Program-made: the position numbers and the translations under genes | The notes under the pieces: model-generated | What the model saw: the letters and a program-made list of their open reading frames with translations, nothing else | Told to the model about the DNA's origin: nothing | Databases searched by the model: none | NCBI GenBank assembly: GCA_032718475.1 | Contig: JAUCBJ010007725.1 | Location: forward strand, 62,001-126,000 | From: Nemertoderma westbladi | Taxonomy: Eukaryota; Animalia; Xenacoelomorpha | Length of the DNA: 64,000 bases | Direction: 5' to 3' | Shown: positions 36,930 to 46,632 of the stretch, one piece after another | Layout of the letters: every line of letters starts with the position of its first letter | Position numbering within the stretch: the first letter of the stretch is position 1

Positions 36930-38185
36930 AGAATTACACGTACGTGGGGCCTTCGCGCAGCACGAGGCCCAGTTATGAGATACAAATTAATATCGAGCGA
37001 CTGTATCACAAAATCAGTATTTAACTTTATAAATTAGTAAAATTTAGAAATTTAACCACACCGCCAATCAATCAAAAAAAGAGGGACAGTACGTGTTCAG
37101 CCCTTTAAATCTGCACCCCCACCCCACCCCACCCCACCCCCACCCCACCCCACCCCACCCCACCCCCCCCCCCCACCCTTCCCACCCACCAATACATAAC
37201 CGCGACATCTACCACCCACGGAAGGTAGCACGAACTTATTTCCAATCGCACGTTCAATATGCGAAGCCAGGTGGTTTATAGGAATATAATCTACGCAGTA
37301 CTAAATACAGTCGATGCAGTAATGAATGATATTCAAATAATTTATTTAATATACTGTTAATGCCTCTGAAAACTTAGACAATTAAAATACACAGAAATCC
37401 CATCAAAAAATAATAAGCATAATATTTTGAGAAATAAACAATTTTGGATATAAGCCTTCTGCAGTGGTAATCTTATTGACTGACAATCATTAAATGAGAT
37501 CTGTCTATTACCTGAGACTAAAGAACACAGACTCTATAGTGTAATAGGAGGTAGGGAATGCAGGTTTCAATCTCGTTAGGTCTAGCTGGCAGCCGTGTGG
37601 CTAGTTACATACAACCCCCCTCCACTGGCATTCCCAGCAACTGGCTCCCTTACACACACATCCCCCATCTATGTACCAGCCAACTTGCAAGTTGGCCAAT
37701 AAATGATCAGTATTTAATGAGAATCCATTTTTTATGCCGTTTTAATTACTTTAGATCAATTAAAGACACAATTATTAAAGCAAATCACTTGAACTAATTA
37801 AAAACTATAATAGAATGGCGTATGTGGATTACATCTGTATAATTTTTAATTATAATTATTTAAATCTTATACTGTAAAACAATTAATTTCCTTTAAAAGG
37901 CAGGTTGAAAATGGTGTTTTCACCGTAATCAACTTAATTAACTAATTAACTGCTATTATCTTAGCTTCTCGAAGGCCACACGGAAATTCTACTTGGAAAA
38001 TTTCTAAACTTTTGCCAAACAACATGTGTACCAAGTTTGGATAGATTTCATCAAAGATTGGCTGAGTTATTAACGTTTAAAATTGAACACGACAGAACGA
38101 CAGAACGACAGAACGACAGAACGACAGGTTGATTAATGGTACCACTACGCTAAGGCTCACTCACTTCGTGGCTCGCCCCACAGTA
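36930..38185. mobile_element. DINE-1/Helentron-like element inside the giant LTR element
   Basis: gtggggccttcgcgcagcacg ... (gacagaac)n ... cttcgtggctcgccccacagta; opposite orientation to 30915-34373. Confidence 0.55.
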
Positions 38186-38679
38186 GCTGGAAATTTGAAG
38201 ATTCCGTTGGATTTGGGAGATGGTGAGCTTGAAGACCTAACTATTTTGGGAACCCGATTCTATCGAAGTTGTTACGTCAATTTTAAAGGTAATATACTTA
38301 ATGTACACCACCATTTAATATATAGAATATTGTATAATACTTATATTTCAAAAGATTTGTATTTTTGCTTTACAATTGTTGTTGGAAAATAATTTTAAAA
38401 CGTCTCCATCACCACGGCCCTATCAAGCATTATTGATCATTTTATAATACTTTTTATGTAGCTATTTTTAAGTTTTGATACAAATAAATGTTCTGGAACA
38501 TATTGCCGGTACCCAACATTTATACAATATTATTGTATTTTTTTTTTAATATTTCAGATTTTATTTATTTCTTTTAAAATATGGCAGATTTGTTTTGTTA
38601 TGATAGAAATATTTTTTCAACTTTATTTGTTTATAACATAGGCCTATATAAAAAAAAATGTGAATAAAACGCAACATAA

Positions 38680-39720
38680 AAGACCAATATTCTCTATGTG
38701 AGGCCTAATCCTATATAGAATCATTTTATTGTATATTTTGGCAGCTACCACAAGCAGACAGATCCCACGATAGTTTGTTGGTATACCGAGGTCTCCTTTC
38801 TTGGGGAGAGGCTTTAGTTGACCTTTAGTCCAAATTGGTGGTGGCTTTTCCCCTTTTAACATCCGGTTGCAAGCATTCAATAATGGTCTATTTAGCACTC
38901 CGGTTTTCCATACCTCTTCAGGGATTTCACCTAATCCACTACTCGCTTTATAATTGGACATGCTTTTAATACTTCTTTGGAGTTCGGCAGGTGCCTGGTT
39001 GTTTCTCAACCTTGTTGATGTTTTCGGCTGTTGGTTGTTCAGTTTTTACTTTGGAGTAGGAGTATCTTAACATCTTCTCTCTTGCGATTTTGAACTTTTT
39101 ACTGTGTGAGCTTCCTTTACTGCATTGTCAGTTCTGAGTTTCTCCCAGTCATAGTTGATTCGCTTGCTTGTCCTGAGTTTACTGGCTCTCAAACTGAGTC
39201 TGAGCTATGCAGTCTGGTCTGGTCCGAACAAATTAGGTTGAACGAGCTGACTACTGTATGCCTCGCAGTTAAATGTCATTATATTAGTTTATGATCCTGG
39301 AATTTTTATATTCGATGGGGTTTAGTGTCAGAAGTGTAAATGGACTTAGGAGAATTCATACTCAACCAATTGAAACTTTGACCGAATTGCTTTCTGCTGA
39401 ATTTGCAGACTGGAAGTGGATGGACGTTATAAACGTCCATTTCAAATGTCATTCATTATACTTGGTGGCTCATGACTAATCTGATATTCTTGAATACAAA
39501 TGATGTCGATGTAATATTCCATTGCCAGAGCTATAATAATGTTTGTTAAGCAGTTTCAGAGTGCGTGCGTTCATTGTAGCAATATTTAGTGACTTTCTAA
39601 GTTTCAACAGGTTGGTTCTCATTCTGCTCGACCTTCTTTCATTCACTGGGGTCGATAAAATGAGTACCTGTTGAATTACTGGGAACAAACCTTGGGATAC
39701 GAGTAGCACCAGTCATACCT
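38680..39720 (-). pseudogene. Degenerate, internally deleted RTE-like LINE fragment
   Basis: SLNIATMNARTL (APE motif I) near 39590; KASSGLGEIPEEVWK..LPKKGDL..NYRGICLL..AAKIYNKMILYRIR (RT start) at ~38700-38950; many stops between. Confidence 0.8.
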
Positions 39721-41051
39721 TCGGGTAGCAGCTACTGAAGAGGGAGACAGATGCATGTTATAGTGGCACGTTATTCTAACCAAATAGATAAACGAAAGTC
39801 AACAGAACAGGTTACAGTTTTATTTTTGGGAGTAACCAGCTGTTATTTGCGTCGATTTTTCCCTGGTGAGGGATGAATTTTGATTGCGACTAAAGGTCCT
39901 CCCTATCTTCGAAGAGATGCCTTCAGTCCGACTGTTTGATTGGCTTTTTTTACTATTGTATAATGCACAGATATTGATATATTATTCGAATTCCTAGAAC
40001 TTTTAATTCCTGCAAAGCTAACCTAGCATTGCGAATTATCTTGCACAAAATATAATGAAAGTATTATTTATTTCAGATGTAAAATTTAGAATTAAAGGAA
40101 ACTGCAGCAGTCAAGAATGAATATAAGAAGAGCGGGCTCGCAAGTATTATTCTGGAGAGCGGCTGTAGATAATATGCAGCCGGCAGCCGCCACTATAGCC
40201 TACAAACTTTGGTTGGATGTGGGAGCAATTTGTAAATAGGGCTTTCAATTTTTATTGTAAGTGTGCGAACAAGGACTGTGATAATGTGCAAATAAATATA
40301 TTATCAAACATTCAACTAAAAGTAATTACTGCAAATGCAGAAGTTGTTTCATCGACATTCCTTCACCTTTCATTTCACGGTCCACTGGTAATACCGGATA
40401 TCACCTTATAGAAACAACATCTCAGTTTGGGTAACCACTGCTACAGTAATTCGAAAAGGATAAACTTGCGCCATTCTGTCCATAAATGCGTCGGCCACAA
40501 AGTCCACATTCGATTTAACATATTTCCAACATATTTTCCACCAGTTCTTGAGGATACATGTCTAGCGAGAGTTAGGGTGCTGACAGCATATATTCCTGAC
40601 AGACAGGTATGTCGGTGCATTACTTGGCCACAGTGATGAGCTCCAAATTGCACACCGAGCCTTGTATGTATTACAAGTTCACTACCAGTAACAGTGTTTG
40701 CCATAACACTGCAATGTTACAAAATTTGTAACTCATAACTGCAAACATAATCCTTATTCCTTACATTTTTATTATCTCGAGCTTAGTTTCTCCTTATTTA
40801 TGATTGACCAGTGTCTAACTAGATAAATATACCCCTGCATGTTAATTCATTATTGTTGCTATGTAAAACATCTGTCGTTAAGATAAATAGTGTTCTAGAA
40901 AAAATTGCTCAATGCGGACTATGTAAAATATAACATAATTTCAAATGGTTTATACAAGTTAACACTTTCAGCAAAAAAAACTGCAGTCATACCCAATTTG
41001 AACGGTGGTCGGTACTGTCTACTTGACTAAACCTAAAGATACTCTAAACAG

Positions 41052-43373
41052 TTAGTCTTTCTTACGCGGACGGCGTTTACGCAGTTTCGTGAGGCTAGCA
41101 AGAGTCCTTTTCTCTTTGGGGCGAGCCACTTTACGAGGAGGGCTGTAGCTCCTAGGCGAAGGGTGCAATTCAATTGCATCAGAAGGTGTAGGGTTACGAT
41201 CGGTATACCCGCCGGTCGAAGTACCTGGTTGATTAATATCAACCTCAGTGGAGCGAGGTCTAACGGCCTTTAGAGCGCGTCTCAGGACAGCAGCTCCTAC
41301 GGGTCCTTGACGGGTCGTCTGGACACTAGCGGTGGGTGGACCGTGAGTGGTGAGGAACTTTCTCGGTTTAATGGTTCTCTCCAGCTCGCGTTCTCGTGTT
41401 CGATATTCATATGGTCGCCGAGATACTTCCTGTAGTTCAGGATGCGAGTTCACAAAGATGTCGCCATACTCAGGGTCCTGACGGATAAAATTGATCAGGT
41501 GATATGTGGTTATATCATTAGGGTTAACGTTTCTAAGGTATTTTCTGACAAACTTGGTGGAAATACACTCACCAACACGCTTCATTAACTCGTAACTTGG
41601 TACGCGTGTTTTCTGTTCAATCGACGCGAATAGATAAGGATGGAACGCGTAAACTCCCTCGTAAGCTCGTCCAGGGTAATAGCGATGTCGGGATTCGCAA
41701 TGTAAATCCGCGTTCGCTTCCCAAGCTCGGATGTATCGCAGGGTGATCATCTCGTCTACGCTCTCTAAATCGCGATTAAAGGGACAATTGTAACTTTCAT
41801 GTCCTTTAAGTTGACAGTAGTGACATTGAGTCATAAATTGTGGGCAGACGGCAAAAATATGAGAGTTATTAAGTCTGCAATAAGCACAATATATTTCCAT
41901 CATCGGTTGTTCGAGGAAATAGGAGCAAGGTACGCTCGAGTCTAGAGGGGTGAAGTGGTCTCTCGATGCGCATAATCGACAACGTTTTCGAGAAACGTAG
42001 TTGGCGTGTCGATAATCGTACGCTGTGAGACGCTGTGGACCTTGATACCACTCTATGACATAATCATTGTCACTGCTCCGGGAAGCTGTAGGCTGAATCG
42101 CTTCTGATTCCAAGCATACTGGTTCATCTTCCAGCTGTATAGACGAAGTGGGTGCGTCGGTCTCAGTAAGTGGATCCACTGTCTGTATTTCCACGACAGA
42201 ATAACCTGTAGGTATTCGGGGTCTTTGTATGACAGATGAATGTAAGTTCTGTATACAAACGTCTTGAAAAACGGCAAATCCAGCGCTACTCAGCTTCTCC
42301 GCAGCTGAGTCTCTCAGACTGAGTTTGGTCAGCGCGCGGTCCTTGAACTGACTATCGACGTTACGGAACGGAGTCAGAAAGCGCCGGAAACATTCGAAAC
42401 GTATAAACTTATTGTGTTCGTCTAACTTGGCGAGTTTAGTTCCGAGTATTAATGGATGAGCGCGTATGGTACGACTGCACACATCGGCTAGCCAACCGGC
42501 AAGTGCTGCGTTTTCAAAGATCGTGTATATAGCTAAGGAAGGGCGAAGTGGAACACTCATAAAGCTATATACGGCACCAGGCGCAGTTAATGGTCCATCA
42601 AAATATAAACGAGAGTAATGATCTCCATATACTTGCTGGTAATTGGTAGGATTTCCAACTTTGAAATTCCATCCATATTCTTGAAAGGCAAGATGTCCGA
42701 TGGATGTCCGTTGTACCTTAGTAATGTTGCTGGGTGTATTGGCATACATAGTGCGAAAGAAACCTCGGCCTTCGGCCCAAGGAGCAATCAGCTGAGTATC
42801 AACGAAAGGGTATGGAATGTTTTCCATATTCCGGAAGTCGTTTTGGAGATCTCCATAAACAGCTGAGCCGATTTTTAGGATTCTTTCGTTAAACAACATT
42901 TCGAGCACAGGTTGGGGTAACATTGATCCATCGATACCCATGGCCGGTTTGCGCTCGGTGTCGGTGACGTAACGCTGCGCGAGCTCGAATTGTCCATGTC
43001 GAAGTTTCTTTTGTGTCTCCGTAAGGGTTTCAAAAGAATAATCAATCACGTCGGAACACGCTCGAGTGAATACGTGGGTAGAACCAGCGAGTCCCCGTAT
43101 ATGTATCATTCGCGTAGTTCCTAGTTCTCCCACCGGAACGCTACCTTCGTTGTCATAAGTAACAACGCCATACATCTCGATAACGTTAAGAGTCTCGTTC
43201 CATTCTTTAGTGGCGTTTTCGAGAGTCATTCCCACTGGATGCCACAAAGTAGCGCATTCGCTAGCATTGGGTAAATCTCTATACTTTAAGCATTGTGTAG
43301 TATAGGTTTCCACATCTCCATATCGTTTTATTCTTTCTTCCTCGAATAACACGTCAAGATTCCAGTGCACCAA
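41052..43373 (-). CDS. Accessory retroelement protein, C-terminal part: DEDDy (WRN/EXD/Mut-7-like) 3'-5' exonuclease + three CCHC zinc knuckles + basic tail; frame is open upstream to ~43538
   Basis: ExoI VVTYDNEG, ExoII LPQPVLEMLFNERILKIGSAVYGDL, FVDTQ, SIGHLA, ExoIII-like VPLRPSLAIYTIFE; CRLC..H..C, CAYC..H..C, CHYCQLKGHESYNC; KLRKRRPRKK. Confidence 0.75.
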   Translation of the reverse strand: MVHWNLDVLFEEERIKRYGDVETYTTQCLKYRDLPNASECATLWHPVGMTLENATKEWNETLNVIEMYGVVTYDNEGSVPVGELGTTRMIHIRGLAGSTHVFTRACSDVIDYSFETLTETQKKLRHGQFELAQRYVTDTERKPAMGIDGSMLPQPVLEMLFNERILKIGSAVYGDLQNDFRNMENIPYPFVDTQLIAPWAEGRGFFRTMYANTPSNITKVQRTSIGHLAFQEYGWNFKVGNPTNYQQVYGDHYSRLYFDGPLTAPGAVYSFMSVPLRPSLAIYTIFENAALAGWLADVCSRTIRAHPLILGTKLAKLDEHNKFIRFECFRRFLTPFRNVDSQFKDRALTKLSLRDSAAEKLSSAGFAVFQDVCIQNLHSSVIQRPRIPTGYSVVEIQTVDPLTETDAPTSSIQLEDEPVCLESEAIQPTASRSSDNDYVIEWYQGPQRLTAYDYRHANYVSRKRCRLCASRDHFTPLDSSVPCSYFLEQPMMEIYCAYCRLNNSHIFAVCPQFMTQCHYCQLKGHESYNCPFNRDLESVDEMITLRYIRAWEANADLHCESRHRYYPGRAYEGVYAFHPYLFASIEQKTRVPSYELMKRVGECISTKFVRKYLRNVNPNDITTYHLINFIRQDPEYGDIFVNSHPELQEVSRRPYEYRTRERELERTIKPRKFLTTHGPPTASVQTTRQGPVGAAVLRRALKAVRPRSTEVDINQPGTSTGGYTDRNPTPSDAIELHPSPRSYSPPRKVARPKEKRTLASLTKLRKRRPRKKD

Positions 43374-43525
43374 TCGAGTTTTAATGAATCCATCAAGATT
43401 GTAAGGAGGTAATATTTCTTTCTCTATTCTGGAAATATTATACGGTTTTCGAAATGAGTTTAGTTTAACTAGCTGATCTAGATGTTTTTGTAGTTGTTCG
43501 AGTTCGACGAGGTCGAGAGGATTGA

Positions 43526-45007
43526 TTAATGGTAGTCTTTAAAATGAGGAACCATCGAGGGGTGGAGGATCGTTTTGGAATAGAGATCCGTCACGAGAAT
43601 TTGAGTTTCTGGTTGGGCTAAAGCAGCTTCTTCCCTCTCAGTCAGCTCTATATGTCTCTCCTCGAGCTGATTTTCCTCCGCTTGTTGCTGCAAGCGCTCG
43701 TCCAGGAATTCCTGTAAAGAGTAGGTTCGTCCACGTTCGATGTCCTCCTCTAGATTTTGTATTTCTCTATCGAACTGGGGTAAAGCGAGTTCCTTCACCG
43801 CTTGGACTTGTTGTTGCAATTTACGTTTCTCCAAGCAATCGTAAGTTCCTTTTCCGATTTTCTGCCGAATAGCGTCCAATGCATTTCGTATCACGCTCTC
43901 TTCGACTTCTGTAACAGGTTGGATCGGAGGGAGGCCAGGACGGTTGTAGGGGTTAAACGGTGATATTAGATGACCGCGTCCTAGTCCAGCGAGGTAAGGT
44001 TGGCGAATATCTAACGAACCCACTACCGGAGTGCCACCAATCAACTGTTCAGGCAACACTAGATCTTTGAACAGTGAGTACAGCTCGGGAGGATCCGTAA
44101 TACTATTAGGATCGAGAGTTTGAGGTATCACTTGGGAATGAGGAGGTCTGACCGAGTATTCCGGAACTCTGATCATGGGTTTATTCAATGATCGTTTAAG
44201 GCGCGCGACCATAGGTGATACGTCGAAAAGGTTTCGCTCGAAACTCCCATAAGTATATCGCGTAAAACTGTGTTTAGCGCAACGTCTCCGTGGATGTTTA
44301 TGCCTTTCGATCTGCTGGTTAGGTCTAGGGCATTCGTCACAGTAATACCAAAGACGCACGTCTTGAAGGGGAAACGCGGGTGATCGCTCTCCAGTTTTAC
44401 AATATTCCTCCATCTGTTCGAAGCTATCTGGAACGACAGGTAGTGGTCGATCGGCGGTAAGATACATCATCGTAAAATAGAGCCGTTTGAGTTCCATCAT
44501 AGGGTCTGGATGTATACCTTGAGGATATCGAGTTTCGAGGTATGGTTGACTGGCAACATTGAGATAGGTCTCTCTTAGAAATTCTAGATATTCGTTGAAG
44601 CCGCTACGTTTATCAGGTTCTTCAACGTCTTCTCTTTCGAGTTTATTTCGAATAGAGTTCTCGTGTTCTATTCTCGATTTATCGTTTCGACTCCGCTGGG
44701 TATGATATTTAAATAAAACTATTTCCCTCTCGGTGTCGACATCGTCGGTGTCGTGTAAATCAATAGGATGACCAGTGGTCAAGAAGTCCATATACGTACC
44801 ATTACAATGCGTATAGCGAGCAGTGAATTTTCTATAGTCCAATTCACGCGTAAGTTGCTCCTGGGACATTGGCGGTTCGATATAACGACCATCGTCCTCC
44901 GTAGTAGTTGGATCAGCGTCGCCGCGTATCAAGCTATCGACAAACGCTTGTAAAGGTAGAGTATATCTCTCCCTGATACCAAGATCATCTTCTATTAATT
45001 CAGTCAT
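43526..45007 (-). CDS. Accessory retroelement protein, N-terminal part (493 aa, unknown function; Cys/His cluster and coiled coil)
   Basis: Long open frame with coding-like composition; CDEC..H.H..C; Q/E-rich C-terminus; overlaps the downstream frame by a few codons. Confidence 0.7.
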   Translation of the reverse strand: MTELIEDDLGIRERYTLPLQAFVDSLIRGDADPTTTEDDGRYIEPPMSQEQLTRELDYRKFTARYTHCNGTYMDFLTTGHPIDLHDTDDVDTEREIVLFKYHTQRSRNDKSRIEHENSIRNKLEREDVEEPDKRSGFNEYLEFLRETYLNVASQPYLETRYPQGIHPDPMMELKRLYFTMMYLTADRPLPVVPDSFEQMEEYCKTGERSPAFPLQDVRLWYYCDECPRPNQQIERHKHPRRRCAKHSFTRYTYGSFERNLFDVSPMVARLKRSLNKPMIRVPEYSVRPPHSQVIPQTLDPNSITDPPELYSLFKDLVLPEQLIGGTPVVGSLDIRQPYLAGLGRGHLISPFNPYNRPGLPPIQPVTEVEESVIRNALDAIRQKIGKGTYDCLEKRKLQQQVQAVKELALPQFDREIQNLEEDIERGRTYSLQEFLDERLQQQAEENQLEERHIELTEREEAALAQPETQILVTDLYSKTILHPSMVPHFKDYH

Positions 45008-45567
45008 ATCTGCTATACGAGTTCACCAACATTATAATGAGTTCATATATTTATTAGGCGACCGGGCGTCGCTGCCTACTTCTCCCTTGCCCCCGGACAG
45101 TGTGAGATCCTCAGCGCCGATATACCGCTGTCGCTGTACTTTCGCCAACGACGTAGCCGTACAACGACAACGATAACCGGCACAAGTCACTCCACTGTCC
45201 GTCCCAAAGGCTTAGATGTACTTCAGGTTTTCCTTGGAGAGTTAGGTTATTTTCACGATTGCGACTAGCTACTGTAAACACACTTTAGCAGAAACATTCA
45301 CGTATAAACTCACAAATACCACACAACTGGTCACAACTACGCACATTCGGGCCATTTGTCCGTTAGTCAATGCCTTCCAGAATGTCACTGTATTATTATG
45401 TATCCTTGGATACTAGTAGTGCGCTATGTATTCCCTATGCTATTCAATGGGACAAGCTTTCTATTGTTCTTTTAACTCAATTCTAATTCTAGCGTGGTTG
45501 TTGCTATGGTGACATTATGCAAAGCTAGCGGTAGAATTAGGGTAATTCCAATACGTACAGATCTGGG

Positions 45568-46632
45568 ATGTTATTTAATAGTAATTCTTTCAACGGCAAG
45601 CGATTTTCTGGATGGGACATTGGCTCTAACAATCGTGACATCAATCTTGGAGATCTAATCGCAGTAGATGATACTACTAGCAGTGGCGTACCTAGAGTGT
45701 CTCATAATACTGGTACTTACAGCTCTATCGCTGCTCGTACACTAGGTTATTCCAGGTACGGTTCTGCACCATATACAGTAAGGTCACCAAATATAAATCG
45801 TGCCGTCATCTCTAATTCCAGTACATCGCCAGTATTCCAGCTTGGCCCTAGTTTTTCAGCCGATGCGCCAGCAAATCAAGGTGTAGTTCATTTCCCGCCA
45901 ACTACTTGTAGTGCTGTACACTATGAGCCGCTGTCCGATAATACCGTCGGCACCAATGCTATAGATGCCGATCTGAGTACTGTAAATGTACATTTACCCA
46001 ATAACTTTCTAGGTGTAGGCACAGTAGATGAACCACACGTTTCTAATTTACTTATTGGTGCACCCATACCAGACTCTGTTAGTGGTAGCCATGCCGGAGA
46101 GGGAGTTTCCAGTTTTGAAATTCACTGCGAGACTAACCATAGCGTTGTAATTCCAACTATGGGTGCTAGTACCACGTTATTGGAAAGCGGCCCCATGGAG
46201 GCTTATTTGAGTCCACCAGTTCCAGCGTCTAAGCAAATTATACCTCCCCAGGAGGTCAATGTGACTGATTCAAATATGGATGAAACAGTTGGAGGAGCAC
46301 CTCCTCTACCTGTAGTTCCGCCAATTGCCTCATCCGTAGTGTCTGCTAACCGCAGAAAACAAAGATCTATAAATACTATCGGTAGTTCGTTAACTAGGGC
46401 AGCCAGCGGCCAACGGAACACGGCCCCGAGAGGCCGTGGGCCTGGCCGTCCACGTTGCAACAGCCTAGGTGCGGTGAACAGAAAGGGTGACGGTGAAAAC
46501 CCTTATGGGACAAGATCCCAGTCTGGCACCGTAAACGCAACGCAGCCTAATTTAAATGGTGGCGGTAGTAATAGACGCCAACCAGACAACTCTATGGGCC
46601 CTCAGTCCATCATTCCACCGGGCAAAGGTTAA
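45568..46632 (+). CDS. LINE ORF1-position protein (354 aa, S/P/G-rich, basic C-terminus)
   Basis: ATG-initiated ORF directly upstream of and overlapping the ORF2 frame; no recognisable RRM or esterase motif. Confidence 0.6.
   Translation: MLFNSNSFNGKRFSGWDIGSNNRDINLGDLIAVDDTTSSGVPRVSHNTGTYSSIAARTLGYSRYGSAPYTVRSPNINRAVISNSSTSPVFQLGPSFSADAPANQGVVHFPPTTCSAVHYEPLSDNTVGTNAIDADLSTVNVHLPNNFLGVGTVDEPHVSNLLIGAPIPDSVSGSHAGEGVSSFEIHCETNHSVVIPTMGASTTLLESGPMEAYLSPPVPASKQIIPPQEVNVTDSNMDETVGGAPPLPVVPPIASSVVSANRRKQRSINTIGSSLTRAASGQRNTAPRGRGPGRPRCNSLGAVNRKGDGENPYGTRSQSGTVNATQPNLNGGGSNRRQPDNSMGPQSIIPPGKG

Noticed and set aside
40380-40720. 87-aa ORF or Cys-containing exon-like segment in the giant element
   Set aside because: No motif and stops in alternative frames; cannot support a call
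41052-45007. env gene or independent host gene
   Set aside because: No signal peptide or TM segment; intronless, inside the LTRs and co-oriented with pol
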